Positions 51,201-64,000 of a stretch of DNA of 64,000 nt are shown here, in pieces. How positions within the stretch are numbered: position 1 is the stretch's first letter; each line of letters opens with the position of its first letter. The notes below the pieces were generated by a model. That model was not told the DNA's origin. It saw nothing but the letters and a program-made list of their open reading frames with translations, and searched no databases. Where the stretch lies: contig JAYWIR010000037.1 of NCBI GenBank assembly GCA_036172245.1, forward strand, positions 682,001-746,000. The letters run 5' to 3'. Both the position numbers and the translations under genes were made by a program. Source of the DNA: Raillietiella orientalis (taxonomy: Eukaryota).

Positions 51201-54200
51201 GCATGGCATGAAATACAACTCTTTGCAACTTGGATCAGTTGAGGCGCCTGCCACTTCGACTCTGGATGTATGGAAGAGCTCTCGAGTGTTTGCCCTCAGC
51301 TTTCCTTTTCCTTTTCCATAAACAAAAGGAAAGGCACAAGTCACAAATGAGCATCCACCGACAAAAGACAAAAAAGAAGGAAAAAAAAAAAAAAAAAAAT
51401 GAAAGGCAGGAATAAGTTTCTCGCTTTTTCTCGCGGAGATTCGCTGTAGGAATCCGAAGCTGCACAGTTACTGAAAAACCCTGCTTTCAAGCCTCGTGAA
51501 AGGCAAAGAATTCATTTTACAGCACTGTGATGGAACAATCCGAAAGCAGTTCTATATGCTCTCCGGAAACACACACGCACACGCACACATACACACACAA
51601 AGCCCGCTACTACGATTTTTCTGCACACATAGCCAACTCCAATTTTACTGACATCTCTTTTGGACGATCACAGCTCTTTGCATCAAATCCCTGCTAGCCA
51701 TCCACAACAACGTATGGATTCCTGCAAGAATTTCTACATCTTACAATGATGGGAGCGCACAACAAGAGGCGAGCCTGGATGCGTCCTTGCAAATGCCTGA
51801 GAGGTTTCCTGGGAGAGGAATGGCTCCAGGTGATTCCTGTCGCTTCAAGTCGCACGTCTTCCGATGCAGGCAGCTTGCGAACCAACGCTTTGGAGAGCGA
51901 GTCGAAGATACGATGAAGCTCATTACAACGCATGTATCTCGCAATAGCACCTGGTATCAATATGGCGAAACGGCCATACGCGCAAGGGTATTTGAGCTCG
52001 TTGACGGTACTTTGAGTTCCGCCTACACCAATGCAGCACACCACAGTTCCGTTTACATCAAGGGGATGGTGCACGTTACGGTCAACTACGATGCCACCGT
52101 GTGCTCTACTCTGTGAATGGGTGTCCCCTCTTCTCTCATGATTACGGACGCGTCATCGCATTACCTCAGCAGGCCCGGCAACAGACACCCCGATAAGTAT
52201 AGGAAATTCACATTACGTGTCAACGATCATTTGAGATGAAATGCATCCATTAGCACAAGGAAGCAACAAACCTTTCTGAGCACTCATTCTGCATGGCTCA
52301 TACTGTTCAATAATTTCTTTACCACGCGCCCGTGTCACATGAGGATACAGAATTTCATTCAACCGTGGATCCCGTTGCTCGTTGTTCAAGAAGTTCACTA
52401 ATTGGTCTACAGTTATGTACAGTTTCTTTTGGATGAAACCACTGTTTTCGCATCTAAAATACTCCTTGCTGTTGACAGCAGACGAAAACAGCAGTCGAGA
52501 CTTACAGAGATTCAAAGATTCTGGTAACTTCATAGCGACCAGTCACATGCCTGTAGAATGAGAGAAAATCATCAAAAAGGAATCTGGAATGCTCGATGCA
52601 CTCATTCTGGAACAGAATAATTGCATTTACTCATGGGTTGAACTGTAAAGTGGTTACAAATCATTAATAGCAATACACGTACTGTATACATGCATCTGGT
52701 AAGAAAATAAAATAAAAATAAACGAACGTCTTCCATGATGATTCCTTCAATGATATCCGCTCCCTGACAATACCATTCCATACAGATACATGGTATGCAT
52801 GGACCTAGGAGGCGAATCGAAGTGAACCGAGGGGCCGGAAAAACAGTTTCTCGTTTCTTCTTTCGCAAAAGCTCGCTATAAGCATCAGACACTGCACAGT
52901 CCCTGGAAAAACCTGCTCTTCGATTCCCAGGAAACGAGAAAAATTCATTCTACGCCGCTGTGAACGGAAACTGCTGAGGGCAGTTCCAAGTGCTTCCAGC
53001 AAACAAAAAGTCCCCACTATTGCGAGATGCAACCCCAGCAGCGGGTTGCCGCGAAGAGTGTTGAGGATGCTTTTCTAGCTTCCCGTTACTTCCCCTTTTT
53101 GGAAGAACAAAAAATGAAGGAAAGAGGTGGGGGGATTCGCAAGTCGCGAGTTTGCCGAAGAACTGGCACAAATTTTCGTTCCACATCAAACCGACGCGTA
53201 CGAATGCGTTTTGTAGATCGCTGGAGTCTTTCTTCACGCGCAGCACGAGATCGTTCGAATCGTCCGTAACTCCGGAGAAGTCGGCAGATGTAGATCCAGG
53301 AAGGAAGACGACGATCAACAACCGACTCGTCGAAGACGAAATTCTGGTTCGCTTCAATCAAGGCTTCCTCCTTCCCGAGAAGCGCACTCCCCAACCCATG
53401 TGATTTCAGTCTCAGTTTCCACGTTTCAAGATCCTCTTCGGATGTTATTCTCTTCCATACTGCGCTACCGAGCGCTGTAACCTTAGATGCAGCTAGCACG
53501 CATGTGAGCTCAGCTTCCACCGAGCTCTGGAGATTCACATGTGCAGTCGAATCAGTGATCGTACACTGAAGGATGGGAGGCAAATACCTTGGCGACGAAA
53601 TGCTCCCAGCTTTTTTCTAATTCAGCATGGCAGAGCTCTTTGGGCATCGTGTTCGAGTAACCTTTTCAATCTTTTAATTGCTGTTCGTTCTCTTCTAAAG
53701 GTCGACCGCATGCTCTTTCGGAAACTCGCCCTATTATTCACTGCTAGCACTTTTGTTCTTCTTTTACAATGCGAAGGGGTCAGAAGTAATTCCCCACACC
53801 TTTTCCCTCTTTCTGATCGACGTTCGCCCGCGAAAGTCAAGCTTGCTTCGAAAGCACGGGAGAGATGAAAAGAATGGGAAGCAACAACGCAGCTGCAGCC
53901 CACCAGCATCGATCAGAGAACGCATTACATATTCATAAGACCTCATGAAGGTCGTTGCATTCTTCAGATGATACTCGGATGCCAACAGAAGGAAGAGCAA
54001 AGGAACCAACGTGAGATCACGTTTGAATCCTGTTTCCGATACGGGAGCTGAGATCCATATTACACCCGCACACAGTAATAGCAAGTGCTTGTCGGAGGAT
54101 GAACGCCCACATGCCCTGGTTGACGATCGCGGATGAAATTTCGGAATTTTCACCGAACACTTTGGTTCGCATTTTCGAAAGCTGATATTCTCCAGCATCC

Positions 54201-57200
54201 GTTCTCCAACATCTCATCTCCATTTCTCCAGAGACTCCGGTCTCAATTCTGCATGTATTTCCGTGCAGAGGTTTGATGTTTGCCGAACCTTTCCTACCTT
54301 CCCCTGATCTCCTGCATCCACGCATAATGGAACTGCACTACATCCACTACCGTCTCTGCTACGGCCGGCAAACTTTGGTTAAATCTTGATCCCTTCAATT
54401 GTGCTTATTGTTCCCAGTTCTTTCATCATCATCATCAATGCAAACATCCGTGGGTAACTCGATTTTCATTTGAACAGTGAGCATACCAAAAATTCGTTTC
54501 ATCAGTGCAGACAGCGAAATTTTTATATCCTAAGATTCCACTAATACTCAGATCCACAAGTTAATTGGTGACATCAATCCAGGATGCATTTACCGATTCA
54601 TATATATATATATATATATATATAAAATCTGCAATGAATCTGCAACTTGTCCCGCACCTCGAATTTCCAATGTTTATGGATGGCCACTCTCTGTTCTGCT
54701 GGCGGGTTGCAATTTAAACATTAGAACGCCTGAGATCACACTTTCGAAATTTTCCGAATCCAGAAAACTAGGTTTAAATTTGCGTGGGGAATATTGACCG
54801 GAAACGATGAACACCTTAAAAGCAACAGCACTTGCAGGAAAAGCATTTACTTTTCTGTTCGTATAAGTGAAGAAAACATCCATTCTAGAAGACAAGAGCT
54901 ACCGAAATCATGGATTGCCTCTATGGCTCGAAAACCCTTATTTTCAACATCGCGTTCTGTGACACGGGTTACGGTTCTTCGAGCGAAGACATTTTTTTCA
55001 TTTTTTACTGAAATAGCTCCATTAGGTTCCAAATAGCAATCTTCACGTCATGCAAAGGGGAAGAATCCCCAGGAAGCACAAGCATTACTTGTAGCCAAGG
55101 AATGATGTAAAAGCGGTAGGGGGAACTTCTAAAGCGTCTTTCTTCTGTTAAATCCTGTTTCCCAAAAGTGACAAAAAGAGAGGATCGAGTAGCTGAAAAG
55201 TTTTACGTAGAATAAATAGGATCTGCTCTTCAGCGTTCACTGCAAAACACCGGCTGTAACATCCGAACGGAAAATACGCGCACACCGCGTGCTTCCGACA
55301 TAGCGTACTGATCCGAGTAGTTAGACATCTTTGGAATTGGACCCACAAGAATTTCACGAAGAAAAATCAAGAAATGACCGTCTCGTGTAAATCCCTATTT
55401 CCAATATGCTACCTCGATATGAAATGCCCAGATAAGAAAGGCAGACGATGTGACTTCGAACACATCGAATCTCGATCTTCAAGGCATTGCACGTGACTTT
55501 CAGTCAACCGCAATGCCTTGAAGATCAGATTAACAATTTATTTCAAAGGCTGGAGCTCAAAGGTCAGTGCATGCAATATAATCGAGTGCATTTTTGACTG
55601 ATGAATCGGAACGCTCCAAGTATCACCTGCGATGAGTTAGGAAAATTTGCTAGAGGGTGTGAGACGAGGCCGCACAGCGATTTTTGACGTGGCAGCTTTC
55701 GGGGAAAACCCGCGCAGCTTATCTTCGCGTATGGTGCAGTCGGGGAAAAACCAGAGCCCTATTTATACGCGTACCTACTCGAATTGCTCTGGAATTGATT
55801 TTTGACTCCACCAATGGAGAAGAAATTTTTTTATTAGTTCAATGCATACACATATCTATATATACACATATGTTGAGCTAGCTCTTCTTTCACTGTCGTA
55901 GAATGTAGAGAGTCGAAGCAACAAATGATTTTGAATGATGAGCTGCGCCTCAGGCATAGTGCCTCAGGCGCATCGTGAAACGAAGAGTAACCTTTTTGGC
56001 TTGACTGTATGAATTTGCTTCTAAAAGCGGGCAGGGATGGTTCAATAAAGTTTGATTAGAAGTTCAAAAAGATGCCATTAAGACGAAAAGTCGAGCAAAA
56101 AGAACCCAAAGACCTTTTCAGAAAGTTTATTGAAGAAGCAGGGATTCTTCTTTGATGTAGCTAACAAAACCAACTGCTGAGGATGTCATCCGTAATCAAC
56201 TTATTATGTGGAAAAAGTAAACAGACGTCAAACGGACTTGCATTAGCAAGAACGATGCACGGAAATCCTAAAATAATTTTATCCGTGAGAAGACACTTCA
56301 GGGAACGAAGAATACGTTCACATGCATCACATTTCGACTTATAATCATTGTCATCACTTCTTTCTTTACGGAGGATATGGGAACTAGAGTAGCTACTGAA
56401 GATTATGCAAAGGTGATTCAAGAAACATAGCATGAGTGTTCAATTCTAGAAACGTGAAACAGACCACAACTCATAACAGGTGAAAGTCGGCCAAATAGCT
56501 ATTTGAGAACATCAGCATAAGGATGAGAGATGAAATGTATCCAAGGACACCGTTCTCAAACTGTTCATTAAAAGGGACTGCCACTCGTGAGTGAAGAGGT
56601 TCTTCAGGGAACATGCAATGTGTTTATTTGTTTCAGGAGGTGATCTCAAGAGTCTGAGTTTTCGTTTTTGACTTTGTTTAGCATCTGCCCGCGATATGAA
56701 ATTCATAAAGGATTTTTGGAAATTGACCCCAAGAGGTCGACACTTCCCAATAAGTCAACAGCAACAACACTGAACTTCAGAAACGCTCGATCACCCTCGA
56801 CATACTAAAGCGTTCTGCACACTCCAAAAACTGTCGAATGAATTGATAGACAAGACAAGAACATTTAAAATCTAAAAGAAGAAATAGTCCAGGATGAGCG
56901 AACAATCTCATGAAAACGTTTGGAATATAACTTCACGATCAAGGAGATACAAGATGCATGCAAATGAATTCCTGCACTTTGAATTCAAGTCTACAGAAAC
57001 AACAACTGAAGAATAGAAGCCCAATGGGTTCGTACAAGCATCATTGCTTTCGTTTGCAGGAACTCCTACATGAACAGTATTACTGAAATGAAGAAGCCTC
57101 AAGAATTCCATGAATCGAAAAGCCAGGATGAGAAGGAAAAAGAAATGGTAGCAGAAGTCAAATTCACATTTGAAAGCTGAAACAAATTCACCAGAAAAAG

Positions 57201-60049
57201 TCGAGCCGAGTAATGAATTTGCCGAAAGGATGCACACATCATTCAGAAGAGTTCGCTTTTATCAGCGGACTCTGCGTGCACGACGCTATTAAAAAGTAAA
57301 AAAAAAAAAAAAAAATAACAACACATATATCAGAGCCGTTAGAATGACGAACACCCGTTCGGTTCGTTCATCCAAAAATCATGCAGATAACCAATGTATA
57401 CGAAAATCTGACAAATCCAGAAGTAATAAACAAGAATGCGAGGCAGCTAAAGAAGGTTGAACCAGAGCGTCGCTTGAGCATTAATATACCAATAGGACAT
57501 CAGCATCAGTACTCTTGGCGGTCGAAAGTGCTCGGACCCAAGACTCTGCTACAGACATCGATACATCCAAGCTTCAAAGTATTGAAGAGCGTTAAGTTGA
57601 AAAAGAGGATGAGACAAAGTTAAATTATGTTCACAACGACAGTCAGTCATACCTTTGGAAGAGATTTTCGAGACAACGGAGCAAGAGCATTAGCACGGAT
57701 GAAATCCTCATACGAACTACTTATCAAGTGTCTCAGATAAAAAGTTCCGGGTAAACACTACTAAGAAGAATAAAGGCAATGCAACCCTTTAGGTATTCAA
57801 ACGAAGTCAAACGACGGAAAAGAGGGAAAGAAAATCACATACTTAAAGTCCAAAGCTTATCGTCTACTTTTTGCAGCTGTCACGGCTTGCAGAGCTTTCA
57901 AAGCGGCACGTGTCTTTCTGAGATCTTTTCAAACTCGGTAGAGAGGTGAATCATCCCGAATAGGGTCCTTTCTTTTTCGCAATTCTTTTAGGAGAGAAAC
58001 TTCTTGAGATCGGTATTTCGACAACCGTCTACAACTAAAAGCTGTCTTACGCGTGTGCCAGATACGAATTTTTAGAAACACTCGAAGGCTTGCGGCAGTC
58101 ACGTGCTCTTCGGATTCTGTAGATGGATCGCAGACATCGCTTAAATTTAAACAGCTTAGCGTGCCAGCAAACGTCCTTGCATATTGATTTTTGAACGCAT
58201 TTTAAAGCTGTCTACCATTTTGCGAGAGCAATTCATTTCTCTTGAAAGGCCTTGACGTTCACTGCGATCTATCCAAAAATAATTAATCTATTAAACGGAG
58301 CCAGCGGGAATGAATTAGAAAACGTAAAGGGAATCCAATGCTCATCTTAGAAAATAATTTCCTCATTTCCATCAACGTAAAATATTCACAATGCCACCAA
58401 TATCTTTAACGAGCTATTCTTCTTCCTATTATTGGCAGTTTAGTGAACGAGACTTTTTTCTTTTGACCTTTTCCTAATCATGCTGTAGTTAACATAGCTG
58501 AGCTGATAATCTCAGGCTCTTCTTGAGGGGATCTCCATGTCTACTAATCTTATTAATAGTTTATTCATGGTGCGTTCACATCACACTGATTGTTTTCCTT
58601 CGGATCAATACCTGAACGTGCTCTCCTTTCTCAAAGATCAATGAGCGATTCCTCGATGAGAGTCACTTGGATGCAAGTTTTCAAAGATACTATAATCTGA
58701 CATACACACACGAAATCACTGAAACACATACACGAAAGTGATTGATTGCATCGATTACATTCTAGTTTTTACTGCTTTGGGTCCGAGTAAACAAAATTTA
58801 GGCAATATTGAGTGCAGCTCAATATTGAATCCATGAGATACGACAATGAATGACCCCCCTTCCCCCCAAACCATAGTCTTTGCATTTTCTCGAGGCTCCC
58901 CAAGGGGTGAGGAAAAACATTTTAGCACTTTCACGGTCAGAGAGCCCAACAGAAACCAAAACACTAAGAAAAAAGAGAGAAAGACACCAGGAATGAAGAT
59001 GTATGTTTCCTGGATGTCGAAGGCAACAAGATTTCGCGCCAAGGAGCAAAAGCGGTGAGCTGTCCCCACCAGAACGGTTGTCACGCTCATGGTTTACTGT
59101 GGACCTCTACTTCAAGCTTTGTAATGACTGTTGATATGAAATGAGTTCGATTCGATTTCAGAAACACCTGTTTTGGACAAAACTGATCACACATTGTCTT
59201 TCCGTTACGTTACTTTGCCACAGCCACCTCTCATCCGGAGTGTACTGCTAAAGGGCATATAAAATCTCTGCTTGTTTTATCGCTTTCCAACAACTGCGTG
59301 CATCCAAACCAATTGGACACGTGTTCTTATATATAAAGAGATAAGATCTTCTCCCTTTTGTCCATCCCACATAAAGGACCGCGTGTGAGGTCATCCGTCG
59401 GATCACTGTGCAGTCATGTATTTTAAGAATACTTTGCTTATTTAGCATAAAAAAACGCTTCAGGGACCAACTAAAATGCAATTTCTTGATCCTTGAAATC
59501 TCTCTGGCGTTAGGTACAAACACATTCGCAGAAGAGCTGCTCATTTCGTCTTCGCACACTGAGATTGTCTGGTGAATGCTTTCACGCTTCCGTTAACCTC
59601 CAGCTGCTGCTTGAGCAGCCATTTAGTCATTTCCTCAGCATCTTCTTTTCCACGTTTTTCCACGAAGTTTTCATCGGAACACCTACACGAATCTTCGCAG
59701 CCAACTTCGTGGGGCACGTTCGGAATCGTCAAGGCATGTTAGAAGGGTTTTTACAAGGGCATGCCACAACCGTCAGACGGCAACGACCGACTCGACACTT
59801 GGAATTCTTCAAAACCGCGATTCTTACGATGCAGCAGAGAATTAATAAGGCCAGGAGGAAAAACGAGACAACTAAACACATTTAGAAGGTTTCCTGTGTT
59901 TAGGGTACTCAAACCAAGGCACACAAACAAACATCGTGATAAGATCAGTGAAAAATTGTCTTACCTTACTGAAAGGCATTCCGGCTGCACCAAGCGCCTT
60001 TTCCACTCTTCTTCGATCATCTTTGTGCTGAACAAATACCTTGAAGATA
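42217..60049 (-). CDS. Plc21C: Phosphoinositide phospholipase C-beta, Plc21C/PLCB1-3 type; 5'-partial (PH-domain exons not found in window)
   Basis: 21 exons on - strand with consistent phases (sum 3,067 nt = 1 + 1,022 codons): 60049-59965, 52606-52506, 52453-52272, 47883-47737, 45755-45604, 45507-45343, 45302-45154, 45098-44930, 44879-44783, 44729-44520, 44459-44305, 44251-44087, 44024-43734, 43685-43476, 43417-43354, 43286-43165, 43116-43046, 42999-42876, 42792-42620, 42506-42362, 42306-42217. EF-hand region ([12 protein letters not shown]); X box ([61 protein letters not shown]) with both catalytic His; acidic XY linker; Y box ([32 protein letters not shown]); C2 domain; ALANPI helix; coiled-coil tail. 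The Plc21C-type rather than NorpA/EGL-8-type call rests on my recollection of [15 protein letters not shown] and ELDFWNG-like motifs and needs a tree. Confidence 0.95.
51569..51599. repeat. Imperfect (CA)n microsatellite
   Basis: Direct reading; PLC intron. Confidence 0.8.
54601..54624. repeat. (TA)12 microsatellite
   Basis: Direct reading; PLC intron. Confidence 0.92.
55468..55531. repeat. 64-nt inverted repeat / hairpin with a 17-bp perfect core stem
   Basis: GATCTTCAAGGCATTGC (55474-55490) pairs perfectly with GCAATGCCTTGAAGATC (55510-55526); outer AATCT/AGATT pair with one bulge; inner TGACT-ttc-AGTCA. Confidence 0.85.
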
Positions 60050-61905
60050 CTTGGAGGGTGAAAAAAAAATAACTCCAATTAATTAAAAACATATATAGAG
60101 CACAGTATCAACAGTCATAATACGCTGAAATACAAAGAGGCAGGCATCTTGCCTTACTGCTGAATATCTTTTTATTCAACTGCTAAAGCGCAAAAAATTG
60201 TGTACAAGCAATCGAAGTTGCTTATAGATGACCTCTATTTCCTAAGGCAACGAGAGTCGAGTTCCCGTGAACAGAAAACGTTGCGTTTCGAGGGTTTCAT
60301 CTCTGCAGGTGCGGAGCGTACATGTATGAATCCGTTCATGTCAGGTGTGTCGTTTAGCAATCGAAAGAACAGCGGGCAAACAGCATATCATCACGTCTTC
60401 AGCATCACTTGCGCCCGTGACAAGATGCTGCCGCTGAATAGCGTCATCATTTGTTTGTTTGAAACGAATGATGCGTCATCGGTTTCCCCACCGATTCAGC
60501 CCGTCTTAGACTATGGCAGGCACAGAAATTACAAAAATCTGTAAGAAGAATGAAGCTAAGAGATCCTGCAAGATTCACACGGGATAAGGATCGTTTAACA
60601 GACCTGATTGCAAAGCTCGGAAAAAACATCCCTTCGTCTTTCGACTTTCTCATCATTCATAAAAGCTAATGCCAGAAGTCCAGAAAGAATTATATTTGTC
60701 GACACCTGTGTTTTGAAGACATCTCGTCCAAGTAACGAAGAGACCAAGAATCCCCTTTTAAATGTTCCCTAAATCCAGGCAGTAAGATAAAAGAGATCAG
60801 AACAAAGCTTTTCAAAACTTAATCCGTGTGGCAATCCTAAATATATTAAACAGCAGTATGCCTGGTCATTGTCGCCTGCGAAACACAAAACATATCTTTA
60901 TTTTGAATATAAATATACCAAATACAGTGGTTTGAATGTATACAAAACATATCTTCATGTGAAATGCAATACAGTTGTTAACCGAGCTCTTACTTTTCGC
61001 GAGAATTCACCAACCACATTCTCAGTCTCCACCGATTCTTTTCACGTGACAAACACGAGCGTCCCTCAGTCACGGCAGCTTTGGCTTTATTTGAGATCTC
61101 CCATCACAAAACAGTAAATTGCAAAGCAAATCGGCAATTGCCGAAGTTACACAATAGGCAGGAAGAAGCATTCCCGTCTCCCTGGATGCAGTCTCCCCTT
61201 TGTGTTTTCTTTGAAATCGGTTCTTGAGCACTGTTACGCGCGGCACTGATGCTGACTGCCTTCGGCATTCCCAATGGTGGAAACAGTTTTCTTAGGATAC
61301 GAACTCTTCTTCTAGCCGTGGCTTGGTACGATCTGCTTGACCAATACACAGGGAATCATCTTCACATGTTAATTCGGTTTCATTCCATTTTTTTTCACTG
61401 AACCGACCAACCTTCACCGCATCGAGCACAAAGATGATCACAAATTTCGGGCAAGGTTTGCTCCTTCTGCACTGCCAATGCGTACTATACGGGTTTGCAT
61501 CTCAATTTACCTGCGTCCTGTGTACGACTTCCTTGTATACTGCCTGCATACGCAAACAAGAAAGTTCAGCTGCAGGCTTCAAGGAGCAAAGGGGGGTAAT
61601 TTTTTTTTTTTTTTCTTCCCTAGTTGCTACTCTTTATGGCAACTCTGTGGTTTTCATTTGAATTATTTTCGTGCTTACAATTTTCGACAAAGTGATAATG
61701 AAAAACTCATATCGACGGACAAAGGATATCCTTATCTCTTCAATTTTTCGAAACTTGAAAATTTCCCTTCCATTTTCTGAAGGAATTTTATTTTATTTTT
61801 TTTCTTCCCAATTTCATTCTGTCTCTAACAGTTACATTTCAAACGGAGCTTCTTAACTCAAGTCCTTTGCTTCATACATGTATTTATCTCAGCATCATTT
61901 GATAT

Positions 61906-61947
61906 CACACACACACATACACACACACACACAGAGAGAGAGAGAGA
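61906..61947. repeat. Compound (CA)n(GA)n microsatellite
   Basis: Direct reading. Confidence 0.9.
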
Positions 61948-64000
61948 AAGAGCTGTTTACGGTCCAACAGAATAAGTACATTATAGACTTACTGTCATTT
62001 TCCCACTTCCGTTTGTTTATACTGGTGGTTGAAAAGCTCTTTGAAACACAAGACAAGTGAAAAGTGCAGGATTACCAGGGTATCGGAAAAGGATGGGATA
62101 TGAACAGCAGGAAGAAGTTGGAAGACCGCTACTTATTTACAATATAAATAGAATCTGAACCAAGGGAGATCGAATCAACACAATTATTACTTGACAATCT
62201 GTGGATTTAGCAGTCCTTATTTTCTTTCAAATAAATCAGGAACGAGGCGAACAATCTTCAAGATTTCATTAAATAGTAGTGGACGTCCCTCCAGCACGGA
62301 AGGAGTCCCTTTTGTTTTCTTTGCTTTGATCTGGGAACCGTTGGAGGTGCCAGGAATTAGCATGAAATTTCTGTTTTAGGTTCGCTCATTCGATCACAGG
62401 CACGGATTCAGTTTGAGAGGTCTAATTCGGGATTATGCAACGATAGAACAATTCAATCCTGGATTTTGAATAAGACCAGATATTTCGCAGTTTGCCGCTG
62501 TAGAACGGAACATGAATACATGGTGGGCAGACATAGACCATGCGAGCGAAACATTGAAAAAAAAAAAAAAGAAAAGATTATGATACATTGAGATAGAAGA
62601 AACAATCGGTCCATTGGATATACACCGATTTTATCATACTGACTTTTCATTCTACAGTAGGGGAAAAATGCAGCAGTTTATGATCCACTTTCAAATATCA
62701 GCTTTCACAAAAATCCTCTTCGATTCCATCTATTTTCTAGAATCTTTTCTGATATCACTTTTGAATCGACAACTGCGTCCAGAGTATGCTGTCTCTTATC
62801 TGCCACTGAATTTGATATTTCCTATTTCTGTTTACTGTAACACCAAACAAAGTTCGGTACAAAAAACACTACCAAGATTATACCGCGATACAGAATTTTG
62901 CAATGTGAACAAAAAATGGTAGCTTTACAGATATTCACTCCATCTTTACGATTTCGAATCGGCAAGCACTAAAGGGAATTTAATTTACAAGAATTTTGCA
63001 CTTCCATCCCACATATGGCTACAGAGTAGTATCCGTATAACTGAAATGGTGACATAATGGCACGGTACTGAGAACAACAAATCCACGATTTCCTGTGTAC
63101 GTACTCTACTGAAGAACACATGCAACTATATATGAAAAATGCAAGTATCCATAAAGAATGAGTTTTTCTCTGGATACGGATTCAACTTCCCGATTTTCTC
63201 CTGCAGTCATTTACCATAAAGTCAGGGGTTGACGAACATGAAAACGTTCCTGATGAAAAGTTCAACTCAGGGCTTGACGGAAAGTAGAAGAAAAAAAAAA
63301 AAAAAACTCGATCAAACTCCCCCTGCTCGCATCAGCTAACATTCGCGACGCTTCTATGAGTGATTCCGAAAAGAATTCAAACAGCACCACGCTGTCTTAT
63401 TGCAGATTCCAGAGACAGGTCCACCGCTACAGATAACACAGGGTTCCGCTTAGCATGCTCCTTCATAAAGAATCGTTCGCATGTTTAGTAAAACTGCCTG
63501 TGGCAACTGAGCTCGCATAAACATAAGTCTTAAAGACTGCCACACAGAGAAAGTAAAACTATGGAGTACAATCGGAGACCACTTCCATGCCCGCTCCTGT
63601 TCGCTCCTCTGAAGAGAACGCCGAAGGGACGCTTCCGAAACTCAGAAGGGGCTCTGCAGCTTCCCTTAGGGGGATCGCTCTCGCTTGCTTCCTTGCACTC
63701 TGTGAAGAGGCGAAGACTCGGAGGGTCCACCCCGCAACAGGGGGGTCCGCTCCTTTAAACAACTGGAGAGGTGCCCGTGAGGGCTCCTGCTCCATCTTGA
63801 GACCGGAGGCGCCCCCCGGTGAGGGGGGTCTGCTCTCCGTTGCACAACAGGAAGGGGAACTCCCCACTCCTTTATTCCTGGGAGGACCCGAAGGTCGATT
63901 CGCATTGTTCCGTTCTTCATGACATGAATTCGCTATGAGTTCTGGAAACGAAGAGAACCTCTGATTTTTCTAGAACACACAATACATGGAAATGGCGGTT

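Noticed and set aside
51694..52074. ORF containing [12 protein letters not shown], resembling a PLC EF-hand segment
   Set aside because: The real exon ([18 protein letters not shown]) is at 52606-52506 in the correct order; this match lacks splice context.
53086..53909. Longer intronic ORFs (165 aa, 135 aa) as nested genes or transposon remnants
   Set aside because: No transposase, RT or other motifs that I can recognise.
63559..63867. ORF beginning MGSSPSCC (myristoylation/palmitoylation-like)
   Set aside because: The start codon is GTG rather than ATG, and the rest has no recognisable domain.
60050..64000. Candidate PLC PH-domain exons (e.g. donors near 62189 and 63214)
   Set aside because: In-frame stops or no similarity to the expected PH/EF-hand sequence.
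1..64000. CRISPR arrays, operons, defence systems or other prokaryotic elements
   Set aside because: The window is spliceosomal-intron-containing eukaryotic DNA with no regularly spaced repeats or long intronless foreign ORFs.

Overview
Eukaryotic (invertebrate animal-like) genomic DNA carrying two convergent, intron-rich genes. (1) On the + strand, a complete midasin (MDN1/Rea1) gene at 376-32633. I traced 54 exons by hand with consistent phases (14,970 nt, about 4,989 aa): six AAA+ modules, linker, D/E-rich region and C-terminal MIDAS domain. (2) On the - strand, a phospholipase C-beta of the Plc21C/PLCB1-3 type at 60049-42217 (21 exons, about 1,021 aa in the window); its PH-domain exons were not found and probably lie beyond the right edge. 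About 9.5 kb between the genes holds no gene I can recognise. There are no prokaryotic features, CRISPR arrays, rRNA or convincing tRNAs or transposase ORFs, and I cannot support a new biological system from sequence alone. The best leads are: a sharp switch from a CpG-depleted, AT-rich midasin gene body to a CpG-rich PLC domain (mosaic-methylation signature); a possible intronic small-RNA unit (paired AP-2-like sites, TATA box, 64-nt hairpin) in the largest PLC intron; a doubly degenerate AAA6 module; a GC-AG intron; very short (39-50 nt) introns; and a short terminal PLC exon that adds a PDZ-binding STAL tail.
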